Source of the DNA: Lytechinus pictus
Lineage: Eukaryota
DNA length: 64,000 nucleotides
Assembly: GCF_037042905.1 (NCBI RefSeq)
Contig: NC_087248.1
Span: 7,688,001-7,752,000, forward strand
Direction: 5' to 3'
The first letter of the stretch is position 1; every line of letters starts with the position of its first letter. This document shows, piece after piece, positions 35,501 to 50,223 of this stretch. A program made the translations under genes and the position numbers. A model generated the notes under the pieces. That model was not told the origin of the DNA. It did no database searches and saw nothing but the letters and a program-made list of their open reading frames with translations.

Positions 35501-37494
35501 TGCTATTGATAGGCAGTGGTCGATCTAGGGAGAGGGGGCGCCCCTGTAATAAAAAAAAATGCTTAAAAAACACATTAGAAACTTGTGCAAAATGTGTTGC
35601 CCCTCCCCCGCCATCTAAGATGCTGTGATTGAAGTACAGAACTTCTTTTTTTTTGTTGTATATATATAAAAAGGCCTACAAGGTATTCGACGGAAAAGTG
35701 GCAAATGCGTTGGCATTATAGCAGGGGTCGCGGAACGATTTTTAAACGGTTTTTAAAGGGATTAACATGCATAAAATCGCCAATTCAATAGTCAATTCCA
35801 AGTTTTTATACACATTACTGGAAAACGTGTGTGTTTGTACGTACCCCCCCCCCGGTTCCACATTATAAGGGTATGATAAAAGTATAAAAGAGCGATGGAG
35901 GCGCGGCAGGGGGTTGGGGTTTAAGTTATTTTACACCTTCAGTAATACACTTCCACTTTCATCTCTTCCAAATAATATGATAAAAGCAGGCTCATAATAA
36001 ATATCTAACTTTCACGTGATAAATATCTAACTTTCTTATGATAAATATTATTGCACATCCCTACCATATAATATTTGTGCTAATAATCTGTGTGGTTGGA
36101 AATTGAACATGTTCAAGCATCGCTGTAAAAATATTCAATATTGATATTTAAAGAAATAAGTAAAACGCAGTCATACATGAACATTATACTTAATGTATTT
36201 AGAATTATAACACGCTGAATTACAATAATCTTTCAGCCTATAATCTTATTAAGATATGAATATGTATACATTATGGCTAATTTAACGCTAGTATAACATT
36301 CATTTATCAAAATCTGCTCATGCATTTAAACTTCATCATAAAATTCTATCAGAATATGGATTTTCATTATACTGTTTTAAGAATCAGGTAACGAGATGAG
36401 CAATAATGGTTTGAACTTCAGTGTTCAAGGCTTGTGTTACACAACATAAACCTTGGTGTAAACCGGTGTACATAGAGGACCTCACTGCATGGTCATTTTA
36501 CTCCGATGTTAAATGCAGTGCTAGTTAAAAATCCCTTTGGCATGTTTGGTATCATTACAACACCTCCGATTTCCACTTTCACCCTTTGGTGCTGTATTCA
36601 ATTTATAGGGTGTAATTTTCACATCTCAGGGTGTGGTCCTCTCGAGACACCAACTGCTGTTTCTTTTAACACCCCAGTTCTTACAGTGAGGTGTTGGAGC
36701 GAAACTATACCGAACATAGCACCAGTCACACATCATGAACATTTCTTCAAGCAGGTGGTAAGATTAACATCACAAGGTGCTGAGGCAATGCCGTTTGTAG
36801 GCCTGTATATTTTTAAAACACCCAAATAAGGTGTTTGGGCTACTGGAACAAACTGTTCTCTAAACACTATCACCTTAATTGGAAAGCAAAGAGCTGGGAA
36901 CCATCCGGACATTCAACATCAATAAAAATAACCTATAAGGAGGTTTTAGCCCCAAGTCAGAAAAATAACTATTATCCTATATTTTTTCACCCTCTGAAAC
37001 CAAAACATTCAAATTGCCACTAATTACACAAGATTCGATGAGTGAGCTTATCTTTTTTAAGATGGTTAACACATGAGATATGATTGAATTCAGTACAGAA
37101 ATAAGGATTTTATATTGAAATTCGGTCTACCCGTAAGACCTTTGTTGTACTGGTGTTTATTTTCTATGGCAGAATGGCTTTCCAATAGTTATTTTCACAC
37201 AAAATATATTTTATCAAACTGGTGAATATTATTTTTGGTATAATTCATCTACTCTCTATGAATAAGTTATATCACTATGAATACTTGATTATATGCAAAC
37301 TATAATACAGAATAATAAACAGTTTGGAATATGTAATTTGTGTTGTCAGTTCATTTTGATCGCCTTTTCAACTATCATATTGCATAATTACCCCCTCAAA
37401 TTTTAGTCTCAATGATTTTCATTAGTGCCTCGGACCGTTCGAAATGGTTATTCAAACTTTTGGATTCAGAGCATATTCGCGATAATGATCGTGA

Positions 37495-40400
37495 CTACTT
37501 TGTTAGTTGGGTAAATAGCTCCTGCACTTTATCCTTGTATCTGGGTCCAAAATGACACCTGCAGTAAAGATATCAAAAGGGGAGATTGGTAAATAGACAT
37601 GATAATTGTGTTATGTAGTCAAACATAATATCCAAAGTCTACACAGGGACTCCACTCTAAAATAAAAACTTTAAAAAAGGCTATGTTCTTTTATAAACCA
37701 TGAATACATTAAGATTAATTATGATAATCTTGTTTTTGTGTGAATTTATATTGAAATATTATAAGAAATATTACGACGAAATTAGTCGACACATTTTTTT
37801 AAGAACTCATGTGGAAAAACGAGCATTTGGTGTGAAAATGGAAGAAAAATGCGTTTATAGGTATTAATAAACATAATAGGGTTAAAATATTGAACAAGCA
37901 AAATAGTGAAAATTATTCCAAATCACATGAATCGTTATCATCTAAGGCCCTGTTTTTAAGTTTGAAGAATGCATTATGTTTAAAATTCAGGCCGCGTACA
38001 AATATGAAGATGCATCATTCAGATTTTCATAAACACCATCTTCTCAGTCTCCATTGTCACTTTTCGACATAAATTTGTCAAAACAGAATAAACAAACAAT
38101 ATTATACCAGGCTATCGTTGTTATCATTTGTATAATTTTTTTTACAGAAGAAAATATAATTCTCTAAAAGCGACGGGTTGTAAGAGCAGTAGCAAACTAG
38201 GAGTATATATACCAACTTGCCACCCCCCCCCCCCACCCGGAAAAAGTTGGAAAAGTAAATGAAAACAATAGCAAAGTGTCGACTGTGCTGTATTTGAGTT
38301 CGATCTAAAATAATAACTGGGGCTTTTCAAATTCTAGGAGGCAAACGTGGATCCATTTTACCTCCAAGCTATTTTTATTATGATTTTTTTTTTACAAAAG
38401 TGACCACCCTAAAAAGAGAGCTATCCTGTACGGTAAGCCTGAGGGTTTTGATTATGCTCTACTAGTATAATCTTGGCAATTAACAGAAAACATATAGTCT
38501 GGGCAATGTGAGGTCTCCTTCCACGAGCGTACCGGGTGGGGGAGCAGGGGTAGAGACGGTGCGACATGACATAAATGTTGATGATCCTTTTTTGTTATTG
38601 CTTGTCAGAAAACATTTGACCCACCAAACAATGTTTGCTAGGACTTACACCAATGACGACTTCACCTATAGATATGAGTCGGAAACATTATCCCCAGGAC
38701 TCTATCTCAATTCAGAATTCTACACCATATGCGTAACACACTATGATTATCAGATTATATGTAGAGTTCATTGGTTCTATTCTATAGGGCAAAGGCGGGG
38801 ATCGATTCCCCGTATGTGGAATTCCTCGTAGGTGGAATTCCCCGTAGGTGGAATTCCCCGATAAAATTCCGACGGTTAAGGTTGTTAGTTTTTGAAGTGA
38901 TAAAATGCCTAATCATTATTTGAAAGATCGAGGGAATAAAAATTACCAAACATGATAACCATGGAATAATTTCAGTTGAAATGACGGTGCGTATATAGCA
39001 GTGGCGTAACGAGCCAACAAGTTTTGAGGGGATCAGGGGAGTGTTTCATCAACATTTTCATCCGACAAGTTGTCAGATCTGACATCTTTCTCCGATGTTG
39101 ATTGGCTGAGAGGTACTGTTACTATGGTAACTGTCGGATAAAATGGGACTTGTCGGATAAAACGTCCGACAAGTCCTTTCGTGAAACGCCCCCCGGATAT
39201 GGGGTATCGGGCAACATTTTTAAAAAAATTGCCAGCGAGCAAAAAATTCGACATTTTCAAAATAAAAAATCAAATTTTGTGATAGATTTGCAAATATTAA
39301 TATTCAGAAAATAACATATTTCTCCCTTCTCTCTGATCCCTTTTCTCCCCGCCACTGGTACGTGGGCCTATATGCCTACTACATTTATTTTCAAAGTCAA
39401 GGAATTAATTACCTTGTATAGTGGAATCTAGCCATTTTAAACATGTTAAAGCAGAACAATAATAACCTACAGAGGATTTTTCAGGCATTGAAACACTGGA
39501 GCTTTTTGATAATGAAATCACGAAAATCAAATGAGGGGGCGTCTTAGAGTATAATGGTGTGACGTCATACAAACTTGTTATTATATGACCATTGGCCCGT
39601 TTCATAAAGGACTCGAAACTGTTTGTCATTATAGTACTAATAAGGCAACCTGGCGCTCAAGAGTCGATCAAAATAAATATTTGCATACTATTTACCACAG
39701 ATGACAGTCACCAAAATTGTGAGTCTTTATGATTTTGGAAGCACATAAAATACATCAAAAACCTAATTCGATATTGAACCGAATCATGGTCTGATAAGTT
39801 ACTAATCAGCACTTTTGAAATTATTGAAAATTGGCCCGGTTCATGATTTCTTTGGAACCACAATGACAGCTACAAGTAAGTATACATATGGCTATTTGTC
39901 GGGTTGGGGCGGGGGGGAGTGGGGACTGGGGCATAAACCCGATCCTCGTCCATTTTTTTATTTTGATGTTTTTCATCATGATCTACCACTATATATAGGT
40001 AGGCCCTATACTAATTGCTGAAATGCCCCCATAAAAATAACAGATAAATAAATAAAAATGAATAAATAAATGAATGAATAAATAAAGATGAATAAATAGA
40101 TAATAAAATAAATAGATACATAAATAAATAACAGATATAAGCGTCGTCATCGCTTTTGTACCTTTTATTCAATAATACAACACTAATTATCAACATTGAT
40201 GCTGAATTATTGAATGTAACAGGCCTTACCAATAATTGAGATAGAAACTGATGATGTATAATTTTTCCCTCTCGTCGAAACCCTCTGCTTTTGGAATCAG
40301 TCGGTGATAGGCTGGGTAGAAATCTTGTTTGAAGTCGACAAAGTCTCGGGTCGCTGCTAGTTCAAACTCGTGATGTCCATAGATACAAGCAGGATCGAAT

Positions 40401-43400
40401 ATCACTGGAAATTGATGGATTTACACTGTAAAAACGCTGTTTAAAATGTTATGCACGTCGTTTAAGCCCGTCACTCTAACAACTACTGTTTAAACTTTTT
40501 AAACAAATGTTTATAATTTTTAAACAACTGTTCAAACTTTTTAAACAAGTTGTTTAAAAAGTTTAAACAATTACAAAACAGTCTAAACAACCTGTTTAAA
40601 CAACGTACGTGCTATTTTTTTTTTACTGTGTAGGCCTGTTTTAATTGCATATCGTCCAAAATTTGACAAATTAGATATTAGGTATGTGTCTCAGAAAAAG
40701 AAGCGATTCGGTGAATTATTGTATCATCATCTTAATCATAATAATATTTCATAAATGGAATATGTTTGTAAAGTGTAAGGTCCTCCTGTCATCAAACATA
40801 TGCATATTTAGGGGCTTAATGCCAACAATAGATTTCGACCCTTTTATATTTTGATCAAACATTCAGAACAATATTATGTTACCCTATTCCTTTCCTCCTT
40901 ATGATTATCTGCCTTTTTATTAATCGTGGAACTATTTCTCTCTCTCTCTTTTCCGGGGGGGGGGGGACAAAGCTTCCAAGTCCCCCGACTCCACCTGTAT
41001 GCAAGTGAAAGGCACTAAACTCACCTGGACCCGTCGTTGTTTCGCCAACATTTCCCCCGTGTAGGTCACCGTGCAGCAAGGCTGGCATAACGCGGTCGGT
41101 ACCGCGGAATAACCGCGGTATATGCCTCACAAGATGCGGCCACATCTCGATCAGTGTGCGGTCTCCAAATTCCCTCTCAATGTAATCCATCCGAGGTTTC
41201 AATCTTTGGCGGACAAAAAAAGTCTGAGGAATGAAGATTGATGAATATTGTGATTGCATTGACAAATTTAATCCTTGTCCGGTTGAACATCACTGATCAA
41301 ATGACGTGGTATTGCATTGGGAATTTTTAGCATGATTAATGTTTGATTCATACCCTCAAAACTCTAAAATAGCGCGAATGGTTCTTATTTTTGTGTAATT
41401 AATTTAGAAAGGCGTGGGCATGCACCCATATTCAAGGCATCTTGGGGACGACATAAGTTATTGGTGTTACAGAAATCAAAACAAGCCAAGGAATAAAAAC
41501 ACGAAGCGTTGAAAATTCGATATTTCATTTGTCCCTACAGGGACAGCCACAGACATGAAAGAGGGGGAGGGGCGACCGTCTCCCAATAAAATGTCAAGTA
41601 GTACAAAAAAGGGGGGAAAATAAGAAGAAAAAAGGGTAAGGGGAAGAAAGAAAAAAAACCAAGGGAACAGAAAATTGAGTTAGGGGTTATTTTCCTCAAT
41701 ACATCAATTACTAAAATAATGAAAAATGACGTCACCTTTCTTGCCCCCACCTTCTCCTATCGGAATACCCTGTGATCAGAGGTATATCTGCTGTTCCATA
41801 GAGATTTGACTCTCCATAAGGTCTAAACGTGCAAGCGAACGTCTGGCGCGGGGGGTGCCCCCCTTGTTGCTGCCACTGGTATAATGAACAAGCCAAAAGA
41901 GGGATAGAAAACAAATGCCATTCTTCGGAGGATCTACCTAAGTTCCTTACCATCCAATCATCCGACCATGTGTTATCTTGAGGTAGGTATCCCACGCAGG
42001 TTGTGGTGTGGAATCCAAATTGCGAGACAGATCGTTGGGTTTCCTCATCAACATCTTCCCCATTTCCATTCTGCATGTATGTAGGACTCGAAACCGGGAC
42101 CCCACCGATCCTGCCATCGTGCTTTTCCTCTTTCATCTTCAATCGACTGTTGTGGAGATGTAACCTGATGGAGCAATTCATGGAAATATTCAGTGATTTT
42201 TCAAAAAAACAAAAACAAACTTTGCCGTGAGCTTGTGATATCCCGGCCGGATGAGAAAATATTTGTAGATGGATATCATCAGGGTTGAATCCAGGAATTC
42301 AGGGGGGGGGGGGGGTGCACAATTCTGACGAGTAAAAGAAGAAAGTTGGAAATTTGGCTTCTAAAAAAGGGATCTTTGATCCTCACTTTCGGGATGAGGG
42401 GAAACAGTGGACATCAAATGGTACAGAATTCGATCAAAATAGGGGGACATGCATGTGCCCCCTGATTCCGCGTCTGAATATTAATAATAAGACGCTTTAC
42501 GAATGGTTCCCATGAAAGGCCACTTCATTACCATCATGACTTTAGATATTAAACTGCACCATTGAATTAAAAGGCCCGGAGAGCGTTTCATGAAAGGACT
42601 TCTCAGACGTTTTTTCTGACAAGTCCCGTTTTATCCGACAGTCACCATAGTAACAGTGGTTCTCAGCCAATCAAAATCAGGAAAAGTTGTCCAATCTGAC
42701 AACTTGTCGGATGAAAATGTTGATGAAGAGCTCCCCTGATCTTCTTATTGTGTTAAAATACTGTTTCCACATTATTAATTTCATTACTTTTAATTTTACA
42801 TTTTTGCAACATATTGACCCTGTACACACTGTTAGAAAATTCATCCTTAAAATAAAAGAAGTTCCTGCAGCAGAGTCTCGAGAACACCTGTAATCTTACC
42901 AGATTGCGTAATATTACAGGAAATTGGTATTTGGTGTATGGAATCTTACTAATTTCCTTAAATAAAACACCCTTTTTCCCCTTTTTAAACAGACCTGTTC
43001 TGTTAAATCGCAGAAAAATTCCTGTTTTATGAATTTACAGAATGATTCTCTTGTAGGTTTTTTTTAACAGTGCAGGCTTATATAACCCAATTAGTCTTTG
43101 GTTGAAATTACCTTGCGACAGCTTCACCTAACGCCGCAGCATGCTGATCAAGTTCTGTCAATTCAAGATGTTCCATGATAAAGATAGATCCTGGGCCATC
43201 ATCAATGTCATAGATCTGGATAGGTCTGGGACATTGGACCGTTCCAGTGGCTAGCAGGGACTCTAGGCCAGCTTTTTCGCCGTCAAACATCGTCATCGTC
43301 TGCGTGTAAATCGAGAGAATTGCAATTCTTCTCTAACGTTTCTTTTGATCTTTGTTTTCTATCATGAATGTATGTGACATGCTATATCAAGGGGATTATT

Positions 43401-44016
43401 TTTTTCTCAGAAATACGGTGTCAAGAATTTATCTGGACAATTACTGGATTTGGGTTCTCAAAGAAAGCTAGTCTCCTTTTCAATTTTTTTTTGTACCAGT
43501 GATCAAAAAAGTAATCTTTATTTCAAATATTTGGATTTGAATGAATGAAATGACACATCCATATAGGCTTAGAGCATTTTCCATAAATTGAAGCAAAACT
43601 TCAAATGACAGGAACCCGTCAAAGAGAGAACATCTTCACCGCTAACCATTTCTCATGGACTCCACAAGGCTCAGCATTCATTCATACCGGTATTATTCGT
43701 TTTATTATCTTTCAACTTTTGGCAATATTTTTGGACATATCCATCAATGGGGGTGTGCTCAAAATGATATCACGTGCTTACAGGTTTGCGTCGAAAATTG
43801 TGTATGGAATAGCACGATCGCCAAAGTCAAATTTCTATATGGTTATATATAAAGCAAACAAACGAATAAACATACCTGACTCTTTGTGTTCATCTTGACA
43901 AAGTATTTTCCTCTGTCAGTCTGAAAACCCCGACATTCATTCATGACCCCTCTGTCGAGGATTTGTAATTCTTTTAAGATATTCAATCCCATCCGATCGC
44001 AAAGTGTCTTCTCCAT
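37495..44016 (-). CDS. Fructosamine/ketosamine-3-kinase family protein (FN3K/FN3KRP-like), 6 coding exons, ~326 aa
   Basis: Exons (minus): 44016-43876, 43299-43112, 42164-41951, 41223-41025, 40404-40230, 37558-37495 (981 nt, phases consistent). Motifs KYFVK, MFDGEKAGL, FIMEHL, FGFHTTTCVGYLPQDNTWSDDW, PALLHGDLHGGN, IFDPACIYGHHEFELA, WCHFG. An alternative in-frame ATG is at 44040; a probable 5'UTR donor is at ~44822. Confidence 0.9.
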
Positions 44017-45970
44017 TTTCAGAACCAAGGTTTTGTTCATAACCCGTTTGAAACCTGAGGATTGAAAAAAAAGGTTCAAAGCCTAAACTTCATTAGTCTA
44101 CAAATGTAGACCCACATCTGCAGTGTGTGTACCTCAGCTGATTCGCTAACCAGCAGATCCCACCTCACGAGCCATTCAACTTCACAGGGGTACGTCATGA
44201 AACATAATGAGAATTTCACTTACTATTGTTACAAGCTACCACAAAATTCTATAGGCCTAGGCCTATTTGATTGGCTGAAAGCAATTAGTTTAAAAAAAAT
44301 CACTGAAAAATCTGTAGGCCTGTATATATTAATACATGAACGCTCCCCATGAAATAGGGGGTCTCCCTAATGTAACATAGATAACATAGATTAAAAATAA
44401 CATGGCCGTCACCAGATTGTTCCAAGGGTGGGTGCTTTTTTTTTTTGGGGGGGGGGAAGAGACAAAAATTACCAATTCCGACGTCAGGCAATGCTGCTGG
44501 TGGCCCTAGGAACGATTTTTTTTAACATGATGTGCTGGTTTAGAATATTTGACAAGCAAAAAAAAAACAAAAAAAAAACGAAGGTCATTTTGGTCACGAG
44601 AAATTTTACAAGGAAAAAAAGGTGCTCTAAAGGGAGGGGGTGCGTTCGCACCCTCCACACCCCCCCCCCCCGGTGACGGCCATAAATAACATGACTGAAA
44701 TGAATTTACGATCTGATAATAGGCTTTATCCCATGCAAACACAACGATCGTAGGTTTATATATATGCCTACCACCGCTAGTAATACTAATAGACATCACA
44801 ATAACGATAAATGGATACTTACCTTTCTCAGCAAGTCGAATAGACTACTTCTGCACACTCAAACTATAAAGAACCATTGATATATATGAACGAAAGCGTC
44901 AATTGTAAAGATCAGTTTCTGCTATATTTCGAATGACGCCAATGACTACAGCCCTTTAGTATATCCTTCGATCGTAGTTTACAGACGATAAACTATTAAC
45001 TATTCAGTATGAGCAAAGTGGTCGAGTCTGCGAATATTATTTGGAATACACAGAAATTAGGTTGGTAAATAAAGGCGGAATCATTTCAACTGGGTATTAT
45101 TGTTTTTGAGGAAATCCCACTCTCTTTCGCAATCGGAGTGGGTGTGTTTGTGAATATTTCGTAATGATAAAGCGCTGTGACGTATGTTGTACTTGATATA
45201 CCTGTAACCATTCGATCGGGCTTTATCTATGCATTAACCGTGCCAAACTGTAAACCAATACCCAAATCTGCACTCTTTCTTCTTCTAGCTTGGGTTTGTT
45301 GGCAACCAGTCCAAAAATTACTCTTTTGCCACTGCTTTTAGGAGCTTTTTTGGTTTATTTTCTTTTTTCTCCGTGAAAAAAGGAGGAATAGCTCCTTTCT
45401 CATTTTTTTGTTCTGTTTCTTGATATATGATATAAATATAGCATCTGGTGAAAAAAGGAAATAAGAATATCAATATTCATTTCCTTGGCCTATTATATAT
45501 GCACACATATACAAAAGGTTGCATTGTCATATTTGGTAAGAAATATAATTGAATAAAATTAGAGATAAGGACGGCAGAAATGAACATTTCTCTTCCTAAA
45601 AAAGGGCGTATAAAATAACGGACACAACACACAAGCACACAAGCTTGTACGTAGGCCTTACATGTATATTATATTAGGTTTAAGTTTGTGAAAACACACG
45701 GAAAAATAGAAAGAAGAAAAAAAGAGAAAAAAAGTCAGCTGGGTCCATAGTCATGCGGGGTGTTTTATTATTTTTTTTCATTCTACCATAAAATGATTGA
45801 CTTCTGTTTGGATTCCATCGATGCCGAACAAAAGCAATTACTCCTCGTCACCCCATAGTCAACGCATGATTGACCCCCATGCATGGTAAACGCAATGCTT
45901 CGGCAAATACCAATATTTTCATTGAAATGGTCAATAAGGGAAAGGTAAAGGACTGAGAGAGGGAGAGAGC

Positions 45971-46476
45971 CCGGGGGGGGGGGGCACTCGACCAAAAAAG
46001 TAGTAGGTATGTGCCGCGGGCGAGACAAAACACAGGGGCCTTGGAGCGGGCTTAATGTAAAAAGGAGGGTCCTCGGAACGGGCTTCGGAACTACACATTT
46101 TTGTGAAAGCAGGGGTCCTTGGAACGGGTCGCCTGCATGTGAGTGCGTATTCATCCCTATGGAACGGGCATACGTATTTATTTGTCTATGAGCTAGCCCA
46201 ACGGCACGGGCACCGGGTGCGCTAGCGCAGAGGCGATGATCGGACAGCGCTCTGCGGCCGCTTTTCACCAAAATTGCGGCTCATTGTATTTAGATCAATA
46301 CGGCCGGAACGGCGTAACGGAAAATATGCGAAGCTTTGGAGTGGATTTCTTTGTTCTTTTTCTCAATAAGACAAAAATGCTATGCCTTGGAACGGAAATT
46401 TGAGTGTAAAAATGGGGGTCCCCTCCGCGGCACATACCCACTATGCATTATATACTGAGTGCCCCCCTCCCCCCGG
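45971..46476. mobile_element. CCCGGGG-ended MITE (related element ~28305-28875)
   Basis: CCCGGGGGGG..GCACTC ... GAGTGCCCCC..CCCGGG inverted ends within an AG-rich tract. Confidence 0.6.
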
Positions 46477-47732
46477 GAGAGAGAGAGAGAGATAAAAAAA
46501 GGGGGAGGGGATCCCGGGAGGGGATGTTCCTCTCCTTTTTTTTTGCAGGGCACTAATCTCATAACGGCAGTATGGGTATGAGTGGCCCTCAAGATCCCCC
46601 ACCTTCATGCCTTAAATGCCAGCATTTCTCAAGCATTTTTTTTTCACCCATTTCCGTTGACTAACACACCCCGTTATTAAGCCCCTCATTTCAGGTGTCA
46701 GTGAAAACCCCCATTTAATTCATGTAAAATTCAAGTTCCCAAGCACCCCCATTTGCAAAGGACCACCTAGTTTTTAAGCCCCTCATTCTTTTGCAACTTC
46801 AGTTCTTAAGGGTAGTGGTTTCATATTTGGGGCCGCACACCTACCCTTTCCAATTCTGAGCCCCCCCCCCACCGCGGGGGGGGGGGGGGTGACAGAGAGG
46901 AGAGACAAAAAAAGAGGGAAAGAGCGCGAGACAGGGAGTGGGGGAGTGAGAGAAACAAAGAAAGAGAGAGAGACACACACATTTTCAGACATAAATAGGG
47001 GGGGGGGTAAACCATGAACGATCAGCACTGTCAGAAAGTGAACGAAAGAGAGAGAGAAGGTGGAGGGGAAGCGGTGAAGATACGGGGGAATAGAGTGATA
47101 AAGGGAAATTATTTCCACGCACCATGTATTTTGTACAATAACGAACTGCTATTGTTTGAGACTTGTGTATTAAAATAGCTTTGTATAAGCAAAAAAATTA
47201 TTTTGTTTATTTCAGTACTAGTGAGAATCAAACAATCAAGACTTTTGTTATAAAAATGGATGTCAAATAAGTTTTGCTATGTAAGGTTTATATTATAGGC
47301 CGATATTCACGAAACCGTGGTAGGCCTAATACACAATATGGGCAGCGGTGTTTCATTTTACTCTGACATAGCTTAATCAACTTCATGTTATAGGCCTAAT
47401 GGAGACCTATATAATTTAATTTAATTCACATTTATTGTTTTCCATAAAAGTACAATAAATGAGATTTGCGTCGATGTAAGTACAAATTAAACAAATAAAA
47501 ACATAGGCAAAATATTTCAGATTAAAGCATTTCATGGGATTAACAGAGAGAAGGCAAAGTCTTAGACTTTTTATGAAATACAGAGTATAACAAAATAAAA
47601 TACAGGCAGTTATAGGGTAGTACGAGGAAAGGTAGAAGTGTTGAGCGTTCTGTACATAAAGAAAAGTGAATATCAAAACAAACTGATCACTTCTCAAAGA
47701 TTTAAACATGGCAAAACTCTCGGACTCATTAA

Positions 47733-47882
47733 CCCTAACCAGGTCGGGCCTATTGGGGTGTTGTATGACGGGGGGGGGGGGCGCATAGGCGGCGGAAGCG
47801 GGGGGGGGGGGACGGGGGGACCTGTCCCCCCTAAATTTGAGGTGGGGGACGACCCCCCCCCCTAAAATTTTAGTTGATAACC

Positions 47883-47913
<31 letters not shown>

Positions 47914-49052
47914 GTCAAAAAAATTGGTTGGTCCCCCCTAAAATTTGGTTGATAACCATTTTTTTTTGCTTGTCAAAAAATTTCGCTGGTTCCCCCCCCC
48001 TAAATTTTTGGGCTTCCGCCGCCATGGGGGGGGGGGGGTTGAATCAACCCCCTTAAGATCTCGGCCGCCAATCGCGCGAACGTCGTGAAAATTGGCATAA
48101 TATTACTGTTGGATGTGATTTAAGAGACCGTGTGGTTATTTTTTTCCGAAATAATAAGATTTTTTTAATATGAATTAATTATGCTCATAATTTGTACGTA
48201 AATCATACTTTTGGATCAGATTCACTAAAAAATATCCCAGAATGCTAATTTTTGGTAATAATGTACTTAACACCATCGCTAACAATTACAAATGGAAAAA
48301 ATCTCGGTTTGAAAATGAATTTCTTATGTATTTTATTGTTTTATGAATTTCTTATGTATTTCTTTGTTTTTTGCAATTTTTTTATTTTTAGTTTTTTGCC
48401 AAATTTATAGCAGAACCTAAGCTAAGCTAGAATAAATTTATTTCAGCTGATGGAAGTAAAAATAATCATATCTTTATGAATAAGATGAGAAAACTCAATT
48501 TACACTGAATTTGTGCACAGAATTTTCTGATTATTTCTGTTGCATGAGCTGTGTCATTTTCCCCTGCCACATCTTTTCTTCTTTCTTTTCTTTTAATCAC
48601 AAATATAAACCATTAACAGAACACAGTGCGCTTAGAAATAGTAAGCGCCTTATGAATGGTATTATTAGTAGTAAAATCACGTATTGGAGCCGCAATTTTG
48701 GGTCTGACCCTGGTCTGACATGCACTTACGTATAAATGTTGCGTAATTTTTCAACCGCATTCGCTACCAGGGGGTATTTCATGAAAGTTGTCAGCGCTGA
48801 CAATTTCAGTGAAATCCTTGGTTTTGATTGGCTAAAAGGCACTGGCCTCTGACTGTAACTATGGTAACTGTCGAAGAAATACAAATTGTCAGTGCTGACA
48901 ATTTCATGAAACGGTCCCCCGGGCATCATAAATTTGATCTAAAAAGATGCGCGAGACTTCAAAGTAAACAAGTCAGCGAGTGGCGCTGTCGAAAAATTTC
49001 GCACAGCGGAATGATCGCGGAAAATGTCGAGGGGGGGGGGGGGGGGTTAGGG
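47733..49052. mobile_element. piggyBac-like MITE carrying nested CAT..ATG MITE (~47785-48026) and Harbinger-like MITE (~48771-48920)
   Basis: TTAA|CCCTAACC ... GGTTAGGG|TTAA. Internal IR pairs CATAGGCGGCGGAAGC/GCTTCCGCCGCCATG and TTTCATGAAA..GTCAG/CTGAC..TTTCATGAAA. Confidence 0.75.
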
Positions 49053-49507
49053 TTAACAAAACGGATTAGGCCCTTTCTTCCTCTTCTAACTGAATCTCTC
49101 TCTTCCTCTCTCTAACATACGCACCATGAGAGAACACATACACACGTGACGCGCGCACACACATAACTTGTGTACAAATGGGGGCAAAAAAGTTTCACGA
49201 CCACAAAAAAGGGGAGAAAATGAAAAAAAAGGAAAGGGATCAAAAGTGCAATACTATACTATTTTCAGAATTTTATGTAAACATCTAATCAAAAATAAAA
49301 TTGTATTAAGAAAATTCTCTCTCGATTTGGTCGCTCGCATCTTTTCAGAAAATTTGTTCCAACATGTCCAACGCCATATCTGGCCCCCTTAAAATACCAT
49401 AACGCTAATGGCAGACACACACACGCACCCATGCACATCCGCGAATATACACGAAAATACACGTATATCTCGTGCTTAAACACACACCCACACCCTTCCT
49501 CAGTACA

Positions 49508-50223
49508 CAGAGGCGTCGATCATGGGGGGGGGGGGGCAACCGCCCCACCAATGAAAATATTGGGGGGGCAAACATATCGTTTTGCCCCCCCCCCCCCCAA
49601 TAATTCCGCATGTGCAAAAAATAAAATAAGATTGTAATGTTACACAGAAATCAGCAAGCGAGATTGAGATACACAACTCGTTCTTCATCTAAAATCGTGC
49701 TCAAAATGTCCGGTTTTCAGATTAGAATATTAAAAAAATTCAGCTCGCGCTTCGCGCTCGCATCATTTCTGTAGCAAAAACCAATACTTTTCATGATTGA
49801 ATAGGTGAATAGAATGTCCCGTTTTCAGTTCTATACCTCAAAAGAACTCCCACTTTGATTTGCAATAATCTTTTGTTGGATATATTTATTGTTCTTTATT
49901 AAAAACGTAAATTAAACTCTTTTTTTTTTAAGATCAAATATCAAAATTTTCAGCTCGCGCTTCGTATCTATTATTTTTTAATTTTTTTAAATTTAATTTG
50001 TTGGTGANNNNNNNNNNNNNNNNNNNNNNNNNNNNNNNNNNNNNNNNNNNNNNNNNNNNNNNNNNNNNNNNNNNNNNNNNNNNNNNNNNNNNNNNNNNNN
50101 NNNNNNNNNNNNNNNNNNNNNNNNNNNNNNNNNNNGAGTCTGTTTGTTTTGTGTGATCGAGCGCCTTTGGAAAGTTGATTCATGATGTTGCCCCCCAATC
50201 TGAAAAATGGATCGACGCCCCTG
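49508..50223. mobile_element. hAT-like MITE with perfect 8-bp TSD (contains an assembly gap)
   Basis: TCAGTACA|CAGAGGCGTCGATC ... GATCGACGCCCCTG|TCAGTACA; internal GCTCGCGCTTCGCG motifs. Confidence 0.8.

Noticed and set aside
45783-46271. 162-aa ORF as a transposase or novel gene
   Set aside because: It overlaps a MITE end with G/C homopolymers and has no recognisable motif.
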